From Gammaproteobacteria bacterium (GTDB lineage Bacteria > Pseudomonadota > Gammaproteobacteria > UBA4575), in assembly GCA_965220875.1 (NCBI GenBank), contig OZ244849.1:585791-649790 (forward strand): DNA of 64,000 bases. Direction: 5' to 3'. Shown in pieces: positions 50,544-61,643 of this stretch. The position numbers were made by a program, and so were the translations under genes. The notes under the pieces were generated by a model. The model had not been told where the DNA came from. It saw only the letters and a program-made list of their open reading frames with translations, and did no database searches. How positions within the stretch are numbered: the stretch's first letter is position 1; each line of letters opens with the position of its first letter.

Positions 50544-51956
50544 ATGTCAAAACAAATTCACATGAATGCTTTCACCATGTGCTCCATCTGCTTTCATTCG
50601 AAGGGCCAATGGAAACACCCCCTTGATCAATCCTCGCTGGGCTACAAGGACGTGAACTACTGGGTTGATATCGCCAAGACCCTGGAACGCGGCTGCTTTG
50701 ACAGCCTGTTTCTGGCGGATGTGCATGGGACCTACAACGTCTACAAGGGGTCGCGCGATACCGCAGTGCGGCACAGCACACAAATCCCCAGCAACGACCC
50801 TACCCTAGTGATCTCCGCAATGGCCTATGCCACCAGGCATATCGGTTTTGCCTGCACATTCTCCACGAGTTATTTCCCCCCCTACCAGACAGCCAAGCTG
50901 TTCTCCACCCTGGACCACCTGACAAACGGGCGCATCGCGTGGAATATCGTCACCTCCTACCTGCCGGACGCCAACGAGAATTTCGGCATCGGTGAACAGA
51001 TGGAGCATGACGAACGCTATGACCGGGCGGATGAATACATGGACGTGGTGTACAAGCTGTGGGAACACTCATGGGAAGAGGACGCCGTCATCCGTGATGT
51101 CGAGAAAGACATCCACACCGACCCTGCCAAAGTGCATGAGATCAATCACGAGGGCAAGTACTTCAATGTCCCGGGACCGCACATGTGCGAACCGTCCCTG
51201 CAACGCACGCCCGTCCTGTTTCAGGCGGGCGGTTCAGGCCGGGGGATCGAGTTTGCGGCACGCCACGCCGAGGCAATCTTTGCGATCCACCCGAACATGG
51301 AGGTCTCCAAGAATATCATCCGGTCCACCCGCGAAGTCATCGCCAGGCAGGGCCGCAACCCGAACGAGGTAAAGATCTTTCCCGGCATTTCCGTAATCGT
51401 CGCACCGACTGACGAAGAAGCCCGTCTGAAATTCGAGACCTGCAAGAAATACAGAAGCCCCGAAGGGGCTCTGGCACTGTACTGCGGCTGGGTGGGGGTG
51501 GACCTGTCCAAGATCGATGTCAATGAAAAGCTGGCAAATGCCGAGACCAATGCAATCCAGGGGCTGCTGAGTTATTTCGCTGAAGCGGATCCGGACCGCG
51601 ATTGGACCCTGCAGGAAGCGGCCGAGTTCATCTCGATCGGCAGTGTGATGCCAAAATTCATCGGCAGCCCGGCAACGGTTGCAGACGAACTGGAACGCTG
51701 GATGGAAGTGACAGACTGTGACGGGTTCAACCTTGTCGTGGCCAACCACCCCACGGGGTATATCGATTTCGTGAACCTGGTCGTGCCCGAACTGCAGCGA
51801 CGCGGCCGCATGCGCACGCATTACGATACGAGCACCTTGCGTGAACACTATTTCGGCACCGGGCGCCGGCGGCTTTCGAAGGACCACCAAGCGTTTCGGT
51901 CATTGCCCAAGTGGAAACTGTCTGGCGAACCCAGGAAAGCGGCAGCTACAGCCTGA
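50544..51956 (+). CDS. LLM-class flavin-dependent monooxygenase (NtaA/SnaA/DszA/LadA family)
   Basis: About 470 aa starting MSKQIHMNAF. TIM-barrel luciferase-like pattern. The track ORF is falsely extended upstream to 50268. Confidence 0.75.
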   Translation: MSKQIHMNAFTMCSICFHSKGQWKHPLDQSSLGYKDVNYWVDIAKTLERGCFDSLFLADVHGTYNVYKGSRDTAVRHSTQIPSNDPTLVISAMAYATRHIGFACTFSTSYFPPYQTAKLFSTLDHLTNGRIAWNIVTSYLPDANENFGIGEQMEHDERYDRADEYMDVVYKLWEHSWEEDAVIRDVEKDIHTDPAKVHEINHEGKYFNVPGPHMCEPSLQRTPVLFQAGGSGRGIEFAARHAEAIFAIHPNMEVSKNIIRSTREVIARQGRNPNEVKIFPGISVIVAPTDEEARLKFETCKKYRSPEGALALYCGWVGVDLSKIDVNEKLANAETNAIQGLLSYFAEADPDRDWTLQEAAEFISIGSVMPKFIGSPATVADELERWMEVTDCDGFNLVVANHPTGYIDFVNLVVPELQRRGRMRTHYDTSTLREHYFGTGRRRLSKDHQAFRSLPKWKLSGEPRKAAATA

Positions 51957-52058
51957 CGGCCCTGGAACCCTTTCAGGCTCCAGCACTTGACAGGCACCCG
52001 GCTCGCCGGGATTCCGTGCGGGCCTGTATCGCCTGGGATGAACGGCCCCGCAGGGCTG

Positions 52059-52454
52059 CTACCGGTAGGCGCCGTGTCTTTGCAGGACTTCTATTTCGTA
52101 TCCGTCCGGGTCTTTGATAAAGAAGAATTTTGCGAGCAGTTCCCCTCCAGGACTGAATGAAACAATGTCCTGAGGCTCGTAGCCAAGGGACTGGATGCGG
52201 TCATGTTCCGCCTCCAGGTCATCGACACACATCGCAATATGTCCGTAACCGTTGCCATGTGTGTAAGGCTCAGTCTGGCCTTTGTTTAGGGTCAACTCAA
52301 TCTCGACATCATTCTCATCATTGCCCAGGTATACCAGGGCGAAGTCGTCAAAATCCAGGTAGCGCTTTTCTTTTATGTTAAATACGTTCTCATAAAAGCT
52401 TTTGGAGCGCTCCACGTCCAGCACGCGAATCATCGAATGAATTATTTTAGCCAT
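52059..52454 (-). CDS. VOC-family glyoxalase I-like protein
   Basis: Collinear with GloA (HSMIRVLD...GYGHIAMCVDD...DPDGYEIE). Confidence 0.75.
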   Translation of the reverse strand: MAKIIHSMIRVLDVERSKSFYENVFNIKEKRYLDFDDFALVYLGNDENDVEIELTLNKGQTEPYTHGNGYGHIAMCVDDLEAEHDRIQSLGYEPQDIVSFSPGGELLAKFFFIKDPDGYEIEVLQRHGAYR

Positions 52455-52686
52455 GTTCAGTCACTCGCTAACATGTACAAACCGTCTCGTTTGCCCGATA
52501 TGCAGCCATTTTCTGGCCTTCGGGCAGGTCCATTGTAAGATTTTGCCTAAAAAGTGTCCATAGGATGCACAGGGTCAGGCAGCAGTCTGCACACGGCCTG
52601 CAACTTTCACCGGAACACTGTATCTCCGGGCTGTTTCCTGCTATACAGGAGGCCTCCTCAAACACCATTTTAGGCAGCAGGCCAGC

Positions 52687-53523
52687 GTGAAAGACATGAC
52701 CGACCGGTATGGCGTCATCGGCAACCCGATCGCGCACAGCCGATCCCCCGACATTCACCGCCTGTTTGCCGAACAGACGGGTGAACGCATCACCTACGAG
52801 AGGATCCTCGCCACGCGACAGGACTTCACGCAGGTCGTGAAGCAGTTTCAGGACGACGGGGGCAAGGGCCTGAACGTGACCCTGCCGTTCAAGCACGATG
52901 CCTGCGAACTCGTGGACCAGATCACGGAGCTTGCCGACCACGCCGGGGCCGTAAACACCCTCCTTCTGCAGGACGACGGGACCCGCATCGGTGCGAACAC
53001 GGACGGGATCGGCCTGCTGCGCGACCTGAAAAAGTCCCTGCAGCTGCCGCTGCACGCACGCAAAATCCTGGTGCTGGGCGCCGGAGGCGCCACGCGGGGC
53101 ATCATCGAGCCCCTGCTCGGGGAACGGCCCGACATCCTGCTGATCGCAAACCGGACCAAGGCGAACGCCCGGGCCATCGCGGACACCTTCCAGGAAGCCG
53201 GCCCCGTATGGGGCTGCGGCCTGGACGAGATCCCGTCCAGACCGTTTGACCTGATCCTGCACGCCACCTCGGCAGGCCTGCAGCACCGCGAGCTGGCCCT
53301 GCCCGAGGGCCTGGTCGGCCCGCACACCTGCTGCTACGACCTGATGTACGGCGATACCCCCAGCCCGTTCATGCAATGGGGCCGGGAGCAGGGCGCTGAG
53401 CGGGTGGTGGACGGGTTCGGGATGCTGCTCGAACAGGCCGCGGAATCCTTCTACCTGTGGCGGGGCAAGCGCCCGGATACCGCGATGGCCTGCCGGTGCC
53501 TGCGCCCGCAGCCTCCCGCATGA
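52687..53523 (+). CDS. aroE: shikimate dehydrogenase
   Basis: YGVIGNPIAHSRSPDIH...GGKGLNVTLPFK. Confidence 0.9.
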   Translation: MKDMTDRYGVIGNPIAHSRSPDIHRLFAEQTGERITYERILATRQDFTQVVKQFQDDGGKGLNVTLPFKHDACELVDQITELADHAGAVNTLLLQDDGTRIGANTDGIGLLRDLKKSLQLPLHARKILVLGAGGATRGIIEPLLGERPDILLIANRTKANARAIADTFQEAGPVWGCGLDEIPSRPFDLILHATSAGLQHRELALPEGLVGPHTCCYDLMYGDTPSPFMQWGREQGAERVVDGFGMLLEQAAESFYLWRGKRPDTAMACRCLRPQPPA

Positions 53524-54416
53524 CGCGCCCCGCGGCTTCCATCAAGCCCCCCGGCAGGCTGGTCCTGTACGCCAGGCTGGTGCGCCTGGACAAGCCGGTC
53601 GGCACCTTCCTGCTGCTCTGGCCCGCCCTCTGGGCCCTGTTCCTGGCATCCGGCGGCAGGCCGGACCACGTTATTCTTGCGGTCTTCGTCGCGGGCGTGG
53701 TGCTGATGCGCGCGGCCGGCTGTGCGATCAACGATTTTGCCGACCGGGACATCGACCCGCACGTGGCCCGTACCCGGGACCGCCCGCTGGCCAGCGGGGC
53801 GCTGGCCCCGCATGAGGCCCTGCTGGTGGCGTGCGTGCTGGCCGGGGTGGCGTTCGCGCTCGCGGTGCTGCTGCTGAACTCCCTGACGCTCCGGTTCGCC
53901 CTGGCCGCGGCCGTGCTCGCCGCCAGCTACCCGTTCATGAAAAGGCTGCATGCCCTGCCGCAGGTGCATCTTGGCGTGGCCTTTGCCTGGTCCGTGCCGA
54001 TGGCGTACACGGCCACGACCGGCAACAGCCCACCGCCGGCCGCGTGGCTGCTGTTCGCCTGCTCGGTGCTCTGGACCGTGGCCTACGACACCATGTACGC
54101 CATGGCCGACCGCGAGGACGACCGCAAGCTCGGCGTGAAGTCCACGGCCCTCCTGTTCGGTGCGGCCGACCGGCTGGCGGTCGGGCTGATGCAGGGGCTG
54201 GTGCTCGCCGGACTCGCTGCGACGGGCTGGCTTGCGGGGCTGGGCTGGCCCTACCACGCCGCGCTGGGCGCGGGCGCCGGCCTGTTCCTCTACCAGCAGG
54301 CGCTGATCCGCAACCGGGAAGCCCCGCGCTGCCTGCGCGCCTTCCTGAACAACCAGTATTTCGGGCTGGTGATCTTCTTCGGAATCCTCGCCTCGTACCT
54401 GGTCCGGGCGGCCTGA
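53520..54416 (+). CDS. ubiA: 4-hydroxybenzoate polyprenyltransferase
   Basis: NDFADRDID motif. ATGA overlap with aroE. Confidence 0.9.
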   Translation: MTRPAASIKPPGRLVLYARLVRLDKPVGTFLLLWPALWALFLASGGRPDHVILAVFVAGVVLMRAAGCAINDFADRDIDPHVARTRDRPLASGALAPHEALLVACVLAGVAFALAVLLLNSLTLRFALAAAVLAASYPFMKRLHALPQVHLGVAFAWSVPMAYTATTGNSPPPAAWLLFACSVLWTVAYDTMYAMADREDDRKLGVKSTALLFGAADRLAVGLMQGLVLAGLAATGWLAGLGWPYHAALGAGAGLFLYQQALIRNREAPRCLRAFLNNQYFGLVIFFGILASYLVRAA

Positions 54417-54546
54417 TGCGGTGGCAGGACAGGCCGGGCATGCAGGGGAGTAATTCCGGCCCGGGCGTTCGGTGAAGTTGACACCCCGGTGCAACCGGCT
54501 AGACTTGCACGGCAGGGACAGAAATTTTCTATCCGGGACCTTTTGA

Positions 54547-55533
54547 TTGAATACCATTGAGCCTCCCCGAAACGACTGGCAGCTGGAAGAGGTGCTGGCG
54601 CTGTACGCGCTGCCGTTCAACGACCTGCTCTACCGGGCCCACCAGGTCCTGCGCGCCTGGCATGACCCCAACCGGGTACAGGTGTGCACCCTGCTCTCCA
54701 TCAAGACCGGGGCCTGTCCCGAGGATTGCGCCTACTGCCCGCAAAGCGGCCATTACGATACCGACATCGAGCCGGAGCGCCTGCTGTCGCTCGAAGAGGT
54801 CGAACAGACCGCCACCGCCGCCCGGGCCGGCGGCGCTTCCAGATTCTGCATGGGTGCGGCCTGGCGCAACCCGACGGACCGCCATCTCGATCACGTCGTG
54901 GAGATGATCCGCGTGGTGCGCGATGCGGGGCTCGAGACCTGCATGACGCTCGGGATGCTCACGCAAACCCAGGCGCAGCGGCTGCACACGGCCGGGCTCG
55001 ACTACTACAACCACAACCTGGACACCTCGCCGGAGTTCTACGGCAGCATCATCACGACCCGCACCTACCAGGACCGGCTGGACACCCTGGAGCACGTGCG
55101 CGAGGCAGGCATCCGTGTGTGCTGCGGAGGCATCATCGGCATGGGCGAGTCCCGCGAGGACCGCGCCGGCCTGCTGCTGCAGCTGGCCTGCCTTCCCCGG
55201 CATCCGGAATCCGTGCCGATCAACATGCTGATCCGGATCAAGGGCACCCCCCTGTACGATGCGGAGAAACTGGACCCGTTCGAATTCATCCGCACCCTCG
55301 CCGTGGCCCGCATCATGATGCCGAAATCGTTCGTGCGCCTGTCCGCCGGGCGCGAGGACATGAACGAGCAGACCCAGGCGCTGTGCTTTTTTGCCGGTGC
55401 CAACTCGGTCTTCTACGGCGACACCCTGCTTACGGCCGGCAACCCGGCCCCGGAAAAGGACCGCCTGCTGTTTTCCCGTCTCGGCATCGAGGCCGACCGG
55501 CTCACTGCCTCACGCGCACCCGGGCAGGCCTGA
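54547..55533 (+). CDS. bioB: biotin synthase
   Basis: [10 protein letters not shown] radical-SAM motif. Confidence 0.95.
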   Translation: MNTIEPPRNDWQLEEVLALYALPFNDLLYRAHQVLRAWHDPNRVQVCTLLSIKTGACPEDCAYCPQSGHYDTDIEPERLLSLEEVEQTATAARAGGASRFCMGAAWRNPTDRHLDHVVEMIRVVRDAGLETCMTLGMLTQTQAQRLHTAGLDYYNHNLDTSPEFYGSIITTRTYQDRLDTLEHVREAGIRVCCGGIIGMGESREDRAGLLLQLACLPRHPESVPINMLIRIKGTPLYDAEKLDPFEFIRTLAVARIMMPKSFVRLSAGREDMNEQTQALCFFAGANSVFYGDTLLTAGNPAPEKDRLLFSRLGIEADRLTASRAPGQA

Positions 55534-55544
55534 CCCGGGCCTGC

Positions 55545-56729
55545 ATGGACGACCTGCCCACGGAGCTTGAGCGGCTGCAGGCCGGGCACCTGCTGCGCAC
55601 CCGGCACGTGCGGTCTTCCGCCCAGGGGATCGAACCGGTGATCGACGGCAGGAAGGTGCTGTCGTTCTGCAGCAACGACTACCTCGGGCTGGCCAGCCAT
55701 CCCCGGATCATCGAGCGCCTGGTGCGCACCGCCGGCGAGTCCGGCGTGGGCAGCGGGGCCTCGCACCTGATCACCGGCCATCACACGAGTCACCATGCGC
55801 TGGAAGAGGAGCTTGCGGAGTTCATGGGCTGCGAGCGGGCCCTGCTGTTTTCCACGGGGTACATGGCCAACCTGGGGGTCGTGGGGGCCTTCGCCGGGCG
55901 CACGTCCGTCGTGTTCGAGGACCGCCTCAACCATGCATCGCTGATCGATGCGGCCGTGCTGGCCCGGGCCCGGCTGCAGCGTTACGGTCACCTGGACACG
56001 AAGGAGCTGCAGCAGAAGCTGGAAGCGGCATCGGGTCATCCCGGGCTGATTGCAAGCGACGGCGTGTTCAGCATGGACGGGACCGTCTGCCCGGTGGAGT
56101 CCCTGCAGGAGATCGCCCGGGCCTGCGGCGCCAGGCTCGTCATCGACGATGCACACGGCATCGGCGTGCTGGGCGCGCACGGGAAGGGCTGTACGGAGGG
56201 CCGGCTCGAAAAGGACACGCTCGTCGTCGGCACCCTGGGAAAGGCCTTCGGCACCTTCGGCGCATTCGTCGCCGGCCCGGGGGACAGCATCGAATGGTGC
56301 ATCCAGCGGGCCCGCAGCTATGCCTACACCACGGCCCTGCCGCCGTCCCTGGCCGAGGCGGCCCGTGCCGCCCTGCAACTGGTCCGCGAGGAAGCCTGGC
56401 GCAGGGAAAGGCTGCAGGCGCTGGTCGGCCATTTCCGCAAGTGTGCAGCAGAACAGGCCCTGCCGGTCGCCGCATCGGGCACCCCGATCCAGCCCGTGAT
56501 GGCCGGTTCGGCGGATGCAGCGCTCAGGATCAGCCGGACCCTGCACGAACAGGGCATCCTGGTGCCCGCCATACGCCCGCCGACCGTCGCCAGGGGGCAG
56601 TCCCGCCTGCGGGTGACGTTTTCCGCCCTGCACACCGAGGGGCACGTCGAGCGCCTGGTCGAGGCCCTGGCGAAGGCCTTGCGGCCTGCCCGGGCCGGCA
56701 ACGGCAGGACGGGCCATTCGGCCGGTTGA
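55545..56729 (+). CDS. bioF: 8-amino-7-oxononanoate synthase
   Basis: PLP-dependent class II aminotransferase, LVVGTLGKAFG lysine motif. The track merged this gene with an out-of-frame upstream ORF (54684..). Confidence 0.9.
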   Translation: MDDLPTELERLQAGHLLRTRHVRSSAQGIEPVIDGRKVLSFCSNDYLGLASHPRIIERLVRTAGESGVGSGASHLITGHHTSHHALEEELAEFMGCERALLFSTGYMANLGVVGAFAGRTSVVFEDRLNHASLIDAAVLARARLQRYGHLDTKELQQKLEAASGHPGLIASDGVFSMDGTVCPVESLQEIARACGARLVIDDAHGIGVLGAHGKGCTEGRLEKDTLVVGTLGKAFGTFGAFVAGPGDSIEWCIQRARSYAYTTALPPSLAEAARAALQLVREEAWRRERLQALVGHFRKCAAEQALPVAASGTPIQPVMAGSADAALRISRTLHEQGILVPAIRPPTVARGQSRLRVTFSALHTEGHVERLVEALAKALRPARAGNGRTGHSAG

Positions 56730-56792
56730 CCCGGGTACGGGCCGGCCCGCCGCACGGCATCCAGGCCGCGTCGAATCTGGTAAACTGGCCCC

Positions 56793-58049
56793 ATGTCACT
56801 TGCCAACAAGAACATCCTGCTGGGCGTGACCGGCGGCATCGCGGCCTACAAGAGCGCGGAACTCGTGCGCGAACTGGTGGAGGCCGGCGCCCGGGTGCGC
56901 GTAGCCATGACCTGCAAGGCGCAAGAATTCGTCACCCCGCTGACTTTCCAGGCCCTGTCCGGACACCCGGTGGCCACGGACGAGGCGGATTTCTCCCAGG
57001 CCGGGCATGGCATGGACCATATCGCCCTGGCACGCTGGGCCGATGCCGTGCTGATTGCCCCGGCCAGCGCCAACACGATTGCCAAGCTCACCCATGGCAG
57101 GGCGGATGACCTGTTGAGCACCGTCTGCCTGGCGACCCGCGCCCCGATCGCCCTGGCCCCGGCCATGAACCAGGCCATGTGGTCCCATCACGCCACCCAG
57201 AGCAACTGTGAGACGCTTGAAAAGCGCGGGGTCACGCTGCTGGGTCCGGCATCCGGCAAGCAGGCGTGCGGGGAGATCGGGGAAGGCAGGATGTTCGAGG
57301 CGCACCAGCTGCTGCTTTCGCTCAGCGGGCTTTTCAGCACCGGCGAACTCGAGGGGCTCAACGTGCTGGTCACGGCCGGGCCGACCCGGGAGCCCATCGA
57401 CCCGGTACGCTACCTCAGCAACCGCAGTTCCGGGCGCATGGGCTACGCGCTGGCCGAGGCGGCACGCGATGCCGGTGCCACCGTGGAACTGGTTTCAGGC
57501 CCGGTGGCCCTGCAGGCCGGCGAAGACATCCGTTGCAGGCACGTCGACACGGCACAGGAAATGCTGGAGGCCGTGCGGGAAGCCATCGCGCGCCAGCACG
57601 TCTTTATCGGCTGCGCGGCCGTCGCGGATTACCGGCCGGCATCCAGGCAGCCTGAGAAGATCAAGAAACTGCAGGATGCCCTGTCCCTGCCGCTGATGCG
57701 CAACCCGGACATCATTTCCGAGATCACCCAGCTCGAGGACCGGCCCTTCGTGGTCGGCTTTGCCGCCGAAACCCGGGCGCACGAAAAGAACGCGCTGCAG
57801 AAACTGGCCAGCAAGCAGCTCGACATGATCGCCTGCAACGACGTGACGGACCCCCGATGCGGGTTCGACAGCGAGGAAAATGCGCTGGAAGTCTACTGGC
57901 CGGGCGGGCACCGCTCGCTGGCGCAGGACACCAAACCCAAGATCGCGCGCGCACTGGTCAGCGTGATTGCCAAACGTTACGCCAGCACGCACAAGCGGGG
58001 CAATGTCACAGTCCTTAAAAAAGTCAAAGACCGAAGTCAGAATTCTTGA
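56793..58049 (+). CDS. coaBC: phosphopantothenoylcysteine decarboxylase / phosphopantothenate-cysteine ligase
   Basis: [13 protein letters not shown] flavoprotein N-domain plus a CoaB C-domain. Confidence 0.95.
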   Translation: MSLANKNILLGVTGGIAAYKSAELVRELVEAGARVRVAMTCKAQEFVTPLTFQALSGHPVATDEADFSQAGHGMDHIALARWADAVLIAPASANTIAKLTHGRADDLLSTVCLATRAPIALAPAMNQAMWSHHATQSNCETLEKRGVTLLGPASGKQACGEIGEGRMFEAHQLLLSLSGLFSTGELEGLNVLVTAGPTREPIDPVRYLSNRSSGRMGYALAEAARDAGATVELVSGPVALQAGEDIRCRHVDTAQEMLEAVREAIARQHVFIGCAAVADYRPASRQPEKIKKLQDALSLPLMRNPDIISEITQLEDRPFVVGFAAETRAHEKNALQKLASKQLDMIACNDVTDPRCGFDSEENALEVYWPGGHRSLAQDTKPKIARALVSVIAKRYASTHKRGNVTVLKKVKDRSQNS

Positions 58050-58476
58050 TGACCGCATCGGCAGGGAGATTCCCCTTCCTGCCTACGCCACCTCCGGCTC
58101 GGCAGGCATGGACCTGCGCGCCTGCCTGGACAGGCCCGTGTGCCTGGCACCCGGTGAAACGGTCCTGGTCCCGACCGGAATTTCCATCCATATCCGGGAC
58201 CCCGGCCTGACGGCCACGATCCTGCCGCGTTCCGGGCTGGGACACAAGCACGGGATCGTGCTGGGAAACCTGGTGGGCCTGATCGACTCCGACTACCAGG
58301 GCCCGCTCATGGTCTCCCTCTGGAACCGCGGCACACGCCCGTTCGACGTGAACATCGGAGACCGTATCGCCCAGCTGGTCATGCTCCCGGTCGTGCACAC
58401 CGAGTTCGAGATCGTGGAGGCGTTCACCGCATCCGAGCGTGGCACCGGCGGTTTCGGCCACTCGGGCATCAAGTAG
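58003..58476 (+). CDS. dut: dUTP diphosphatase
   Basis: [13 protein letters not shown]...GLIDSDYQG. Overlaps the coaBC 3' end, as in E. coli dfp-dut. Confidence 0.9.
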   Translation: MSQSLKKSKTEVRILDDRIGREIPLPAYATSGSAGMDLRACLDRPVCLAPGETVLVPTGISIHIRDPGLTATILPRSGLGHKHGIVLGNLVGLIDSDYQGPLMVSLWNRGTRPFDVNIGDRIAQLVMLPVVHTEFEIVEAFTASERGTGGFGHSGIK

Positions 58477-58495
58477 GCCCCGCTCGCCTTCCCCG

Positions 58496-59869
58496 ATGCT
58501 GCCCGTCAACCCGCACATCTTCCGCGCCTATGACATCCGTGGTGTGGTGGAGACCGACCTGACACCGGATGTGGTGCAGCAGATCGGACTGGCGCTGGGC
58601 ACCCTGTACCCGGCCAGCAGGACGGTCGTGGTCGGGCGGGACGGGCGGCTGAGCAGCCCGATGATGGCCCGGAACCTCGGCCAGGGGCTGCAGGCCAGCG
58701 GCCGCCGGGTCATCGATATCGGCGAGGTGCCCACGCCCGTGCTGTACTACGCGACCCACTTCCTGGATACCGGGGCCGGCGTGATGGTCACCGGCAGCCA
58801 CAACCCGCCCGAGTACAACGGCCTCAAGATCATCATGGACGGCAAGACCCTGCACGGAGAAGCGATCCAGGCCATTTGCCGGCGTATCACGACCGGGCCC
58901 CTGCATACGGCCACCGGAAGCCTGCACCGGGAGGAGATGCTGGAATCCTATCTCGCGCGCATTCTCGAGGACGTGCACCTGGACCGGACGCTGCGGGTCG
59001 GAGTCGACTGCGGCAACGGGGTCGCCGGGCCTGCCGTGCTGCGGCTGCTCGCCGGGCTGGGTTGCGAGGTCACCGGCCTGTACTGCGAGGTCGACGGAAA
59101 CTTCCCCCATCACCACCCCAATCCCAGCGACCCGGAAAACCTCCGGGAACTGATCCGCTGCGTGCAGGACCACGCGCTGGACCTGGGCCTGGCATTCGAC
59201 GGGGACGGGGACCGCCTCGGCGTGGTCGACGACCGGGGAAGGATCCTGTGGGCGGACCGCCAGATGATGCTGTACGCCCGGGACGTGCTGGCGGAAAACC
59301 CGGGTGCCCAAGTCATTTTCGACGTGAAATCCTCGAAAAACCTGCGTGACGTGATCGAACAGGCCGGCGGCAGGGCCGTGATGTGGAAGACCGGGCACTC
59401 TTTCATCAAGAACAAGATGGCCGAGACCGGGGCGCTGCTCGCCGGCGAGATGAGCGGCCATGTCTTCTTCGGGGACCGCTGGTACGGCTTCGACGATGCG
59501 CTGTACACGGCGTCGCGCCTGCTGGAAATCATCGCCGGGCAACCGCTTTCGGGCAGCGAGCTGTTCGCCTCGCTGCCCGATGACCTGTGCACGCCCGAAA
59601 TCTACGTGCACCTGGAGCAGGACGGAGCCCAGCACGCCTTCATGCAGGCGTTCTGCCGCCAGGTCCGCTTGCCGGGCGCGCAGATCTCGACCCTGGACGG
59701 GGTCCGTGCAGAGTATCCGCAGGGCTGGGGGCTCGTGCGTGCCTCCAACACCACGCCCTCCCTGGTCATCCGCTTCGAGGCCCGCACGACCGGTGCCATG
59801 GAAGCCATCCAGGCCGCTTTCAGGGAACAGCTCCTGAAGACGGATTCCGGTCTGGACTTGCCTTTTTAG
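58496..59869 (+). CDS. algC: phosphomannomutase/phosphoglucomutase
   Basis: IFRAYDIRG...[11 protein letters not shown] active-site loop. Confidence 0.85.
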   Translation: MLPVNPHIFRAYDIRGVVETDLTPDVVQQIGLALGTLYPASRTVVVGRDGRLSSPMMARNLGQGLQASGRRVIDIGEVPTPVLYYATHFLDTGAGVMVTGSHNPPEYNGLKIIMDGKTLHGEAIQAICRRITTGPLHTATGSLHREEMLESYLARILEDVHLDRTLRVGVDCGNGVAGPAVLRLLAGLGCEVTGLYCEVDGNFPHHHPNPSDPENLRELIRCVQDHALDLGLAFDGDGDRLGVVDDRGRILWADRQMMLYARDVLAENPGAQVIFDVKSSKNLRDVIEQAGGRAVMWKTGHSFIKNKMAETGALLAGEMSGHVFFGDRWYGFDDALYTASRLLEIIAGQPLSGSELFASLPDDLCTPEIYVHLEQDGAQHAFMQAFCRQVRLPGAQISTLDGVRAEYPQGWGLVRASNTTPSLVIRFEARTTGAMEAIQAAFREQLLKTDSGLDLPF

Positions 59870-59924
59870 GCATTTTCCCCTACAAACCGTTACCATTCGC
59901 CGGAATTCCAGCCACACGAAGCCG

Positions 59925-60809
59925 ATGCAATCCGAAAATGCAGCCAACATTGCCAAGGTCCTGATCGAGGCCCTGCCCTACATCCAGAAGTTCACGGGGA
60001 AAACCATCGTGATCAAGTACGGGGGCAACGCCATGGTCGACGAAGCGCTCAAGAGCAGCTTCGCTCGCGACGTGGTGCTGCTCAAGCACGTGGGGATCAA
60101 CCCGATCATCGTGCACGGGGGCGGGCCCCAGATCGGTAAACTGCTGGAGAAAACTGGCAAGCCCAGCCGCTTCGTGGACGGCTTGCGGGTGACGGACAAG
60201 GAGACCATGGACATCGTCGAAATGGTGCTCGGGGGGCTGGTCAACAAGGAAATCGTCCAGTTGATCAACCAGCACGGCGGGCGGGCCACCGGGATTACGG
60301 GCAAGGACGGCGGGATGGTCTATGCCAGGAAGCTGACCCTGACCCGGGATGCGCCCGCATCCGGGACATCCGAAACCATTGACCTCGGGCACACGGGGGA
60401 AGTGATCGGCGTGGATCCCTCGTTGCTGCACCACCTGACCGAGGAGCAGTTCATCCCGGTCATCGCACCGACGGCGAGCGATGCCAGCGGCAACACGCTG
60501 AACATCAACGCCGACTCGGTCGCAGGCAAGATCGCCGCGGTGCTACAGGCAGAAAAGCTGATCCTGCTGACCAACACCGTCGGCGTGCAGAAGGACGGCC
60601 AGCTGCTGACCGGGCTGGACTACCGTGAAATCGAGGCGCTTATCTCAAGCGGCGTCATCCGGGAAGGCATGCGGCCCAAGGTGATGTGTGCCTGGGATGC
60701 CGTGGCCTCGGGCGTGAAGGCCGTTCATATCATAGACGGCAGGGTCCAGCATGCCGTGCTGCTGGAACTGTTTACCAGCGAGGGGGTCGGCACCCTGGTG
60801 CATCGCTGA
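59925..60809 (+). CDS. argB: acetylglutamate kinase
   Basis: [10 protein letters not shown]...VHGGGPQI. Confidence 0.95.
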   Translation: MQSENAANIAKVLIEALPYIQKFTGKTIVIKYGGNAMVDEALKSSFARDVVLLKHVGINPIIVHGGGPQIGKLLEKTGKPSRFVDGLRVTDKETMDIVEMVLGGLVNKEIVQLINQHGGRATGITGKDGGMVYARKLTLTRDAPASGTSETIDLGHTGEVIGVDPSLLHHLTEEQFIPVIAPTASDASGNTLNINADSVAGKIAAVLQAEKLILLTNTVGVQKDGQLLTGLDYREIEALISSGVIREGMRPKVMCAWDAVASGVKAVHIIDGRVQHAVLLELFTSEGVGTLVHR

Positions 60810-60825
60810 ACCGGATGCGCGCGGT

Positions 60826-61476
60826 TCAGGAAGCCAGGCCCCCGAAACGCTTCATGTACTCGCGGATCTGTTCGACCGGCTTGCGGTAACGCGGGTTGGA
60901 TGCCGCGTACTGGATCAGGTCCTGGACATCTGCCACGGCAATCACCTCGATCCCGTGCTGCTGCCTGACTTCCTCCACCGCGGACAGCTCCTGCGATGTC
61001 CCCCACTCCATGCGGTCAAAGGCGATGACCAGCCCCAGCGGCTCGGCGCCGTGCTCGCGGATGACTGCTATCGACTCCCGAACGGCCGTGCCGGCCGTGA
61101 TGACGTCGTCCACGATCAGCACCCGGCCCTGCAGGGGAGCGCCGATCAGGCTGCCGGTGTCCCCGTAGTCCTTGCGCTCCTTGCGGTTGAACGCGTAGGG
61201 CAGGTTCACGCAATGCCGGCTGGACAGGGCCGTGGCCACCGTGGTGACCAGCGGGATGCCCTTGTAGGCGGGCCCGTACAGCATGTCCGCCTGGATGCCT
61301 GACTGGTTGATGGCCTGGGCGTAAAACCGGCTCAGCCGGTCCAGGGACTGGCCGTCGTTGAACAGTCCGGTATTGAAGAAATAGGGGGCCACCCGCCCGG
61401 ACTTGAGCGTGTGCTCGCCGAACAGGATGACCTTCTTCTCTACGGCAAACCGGATGAATTCCTGGCTGTTAGTCAT
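60826..61476 (-). CDS. pyrE: orotate phosphoribosyltransferase
   Basis: VLIVDDVITAGTA PRPP motif. Start at MTNSQEF. Confidence 0.9.
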   Translation of the reverse strand: MTNSQEFIRFAVEKKVILFGEHTLKSGRVAPYFFNTGLFNDGQSLDRLSRFYAQAINQSGIQADMLYGPAYKGIPLVTTVATALSSRHCVNLPYAFNRKERKDYGDTGSLIGAPLQGRVLIVDDVITAGTAVRESIAVIREHGAEPLGLVIAFDRMEWGTSQELSAVEEVRQQHGIEVIAVADVQDLIQYAASNPRYRKPVEQIREYMKRFGGLAS

Positions 61477-61643
61477 GTACCGGCCGGTTCTCGGCCTCCT
61501 CCCTGTGCGCACTGCCTGCCCGCAACCTTCTCCTGCAGGCGGCGACGATTGATGTTCCGGGCGAAAGGATACCGCACTGGATGCAAAAGTGCCTGCGAAA
61601 ATTCCGGGACCACGGGCCGCCCGCAGAAGGCGCGCCCCGGGGC

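Noticed and set aside
54684-56729. 681-aa ORF that appears to span bioB and bioF
   Set aside because: The first third is an out-of-frame read-through over bioB. The real bioF begins at the Met at 55545 (MDDLPTEL). Likewise, 61941-63497 is antisense to add for most of its length and only its last 233 codons (from 62799) are the real ddpX.
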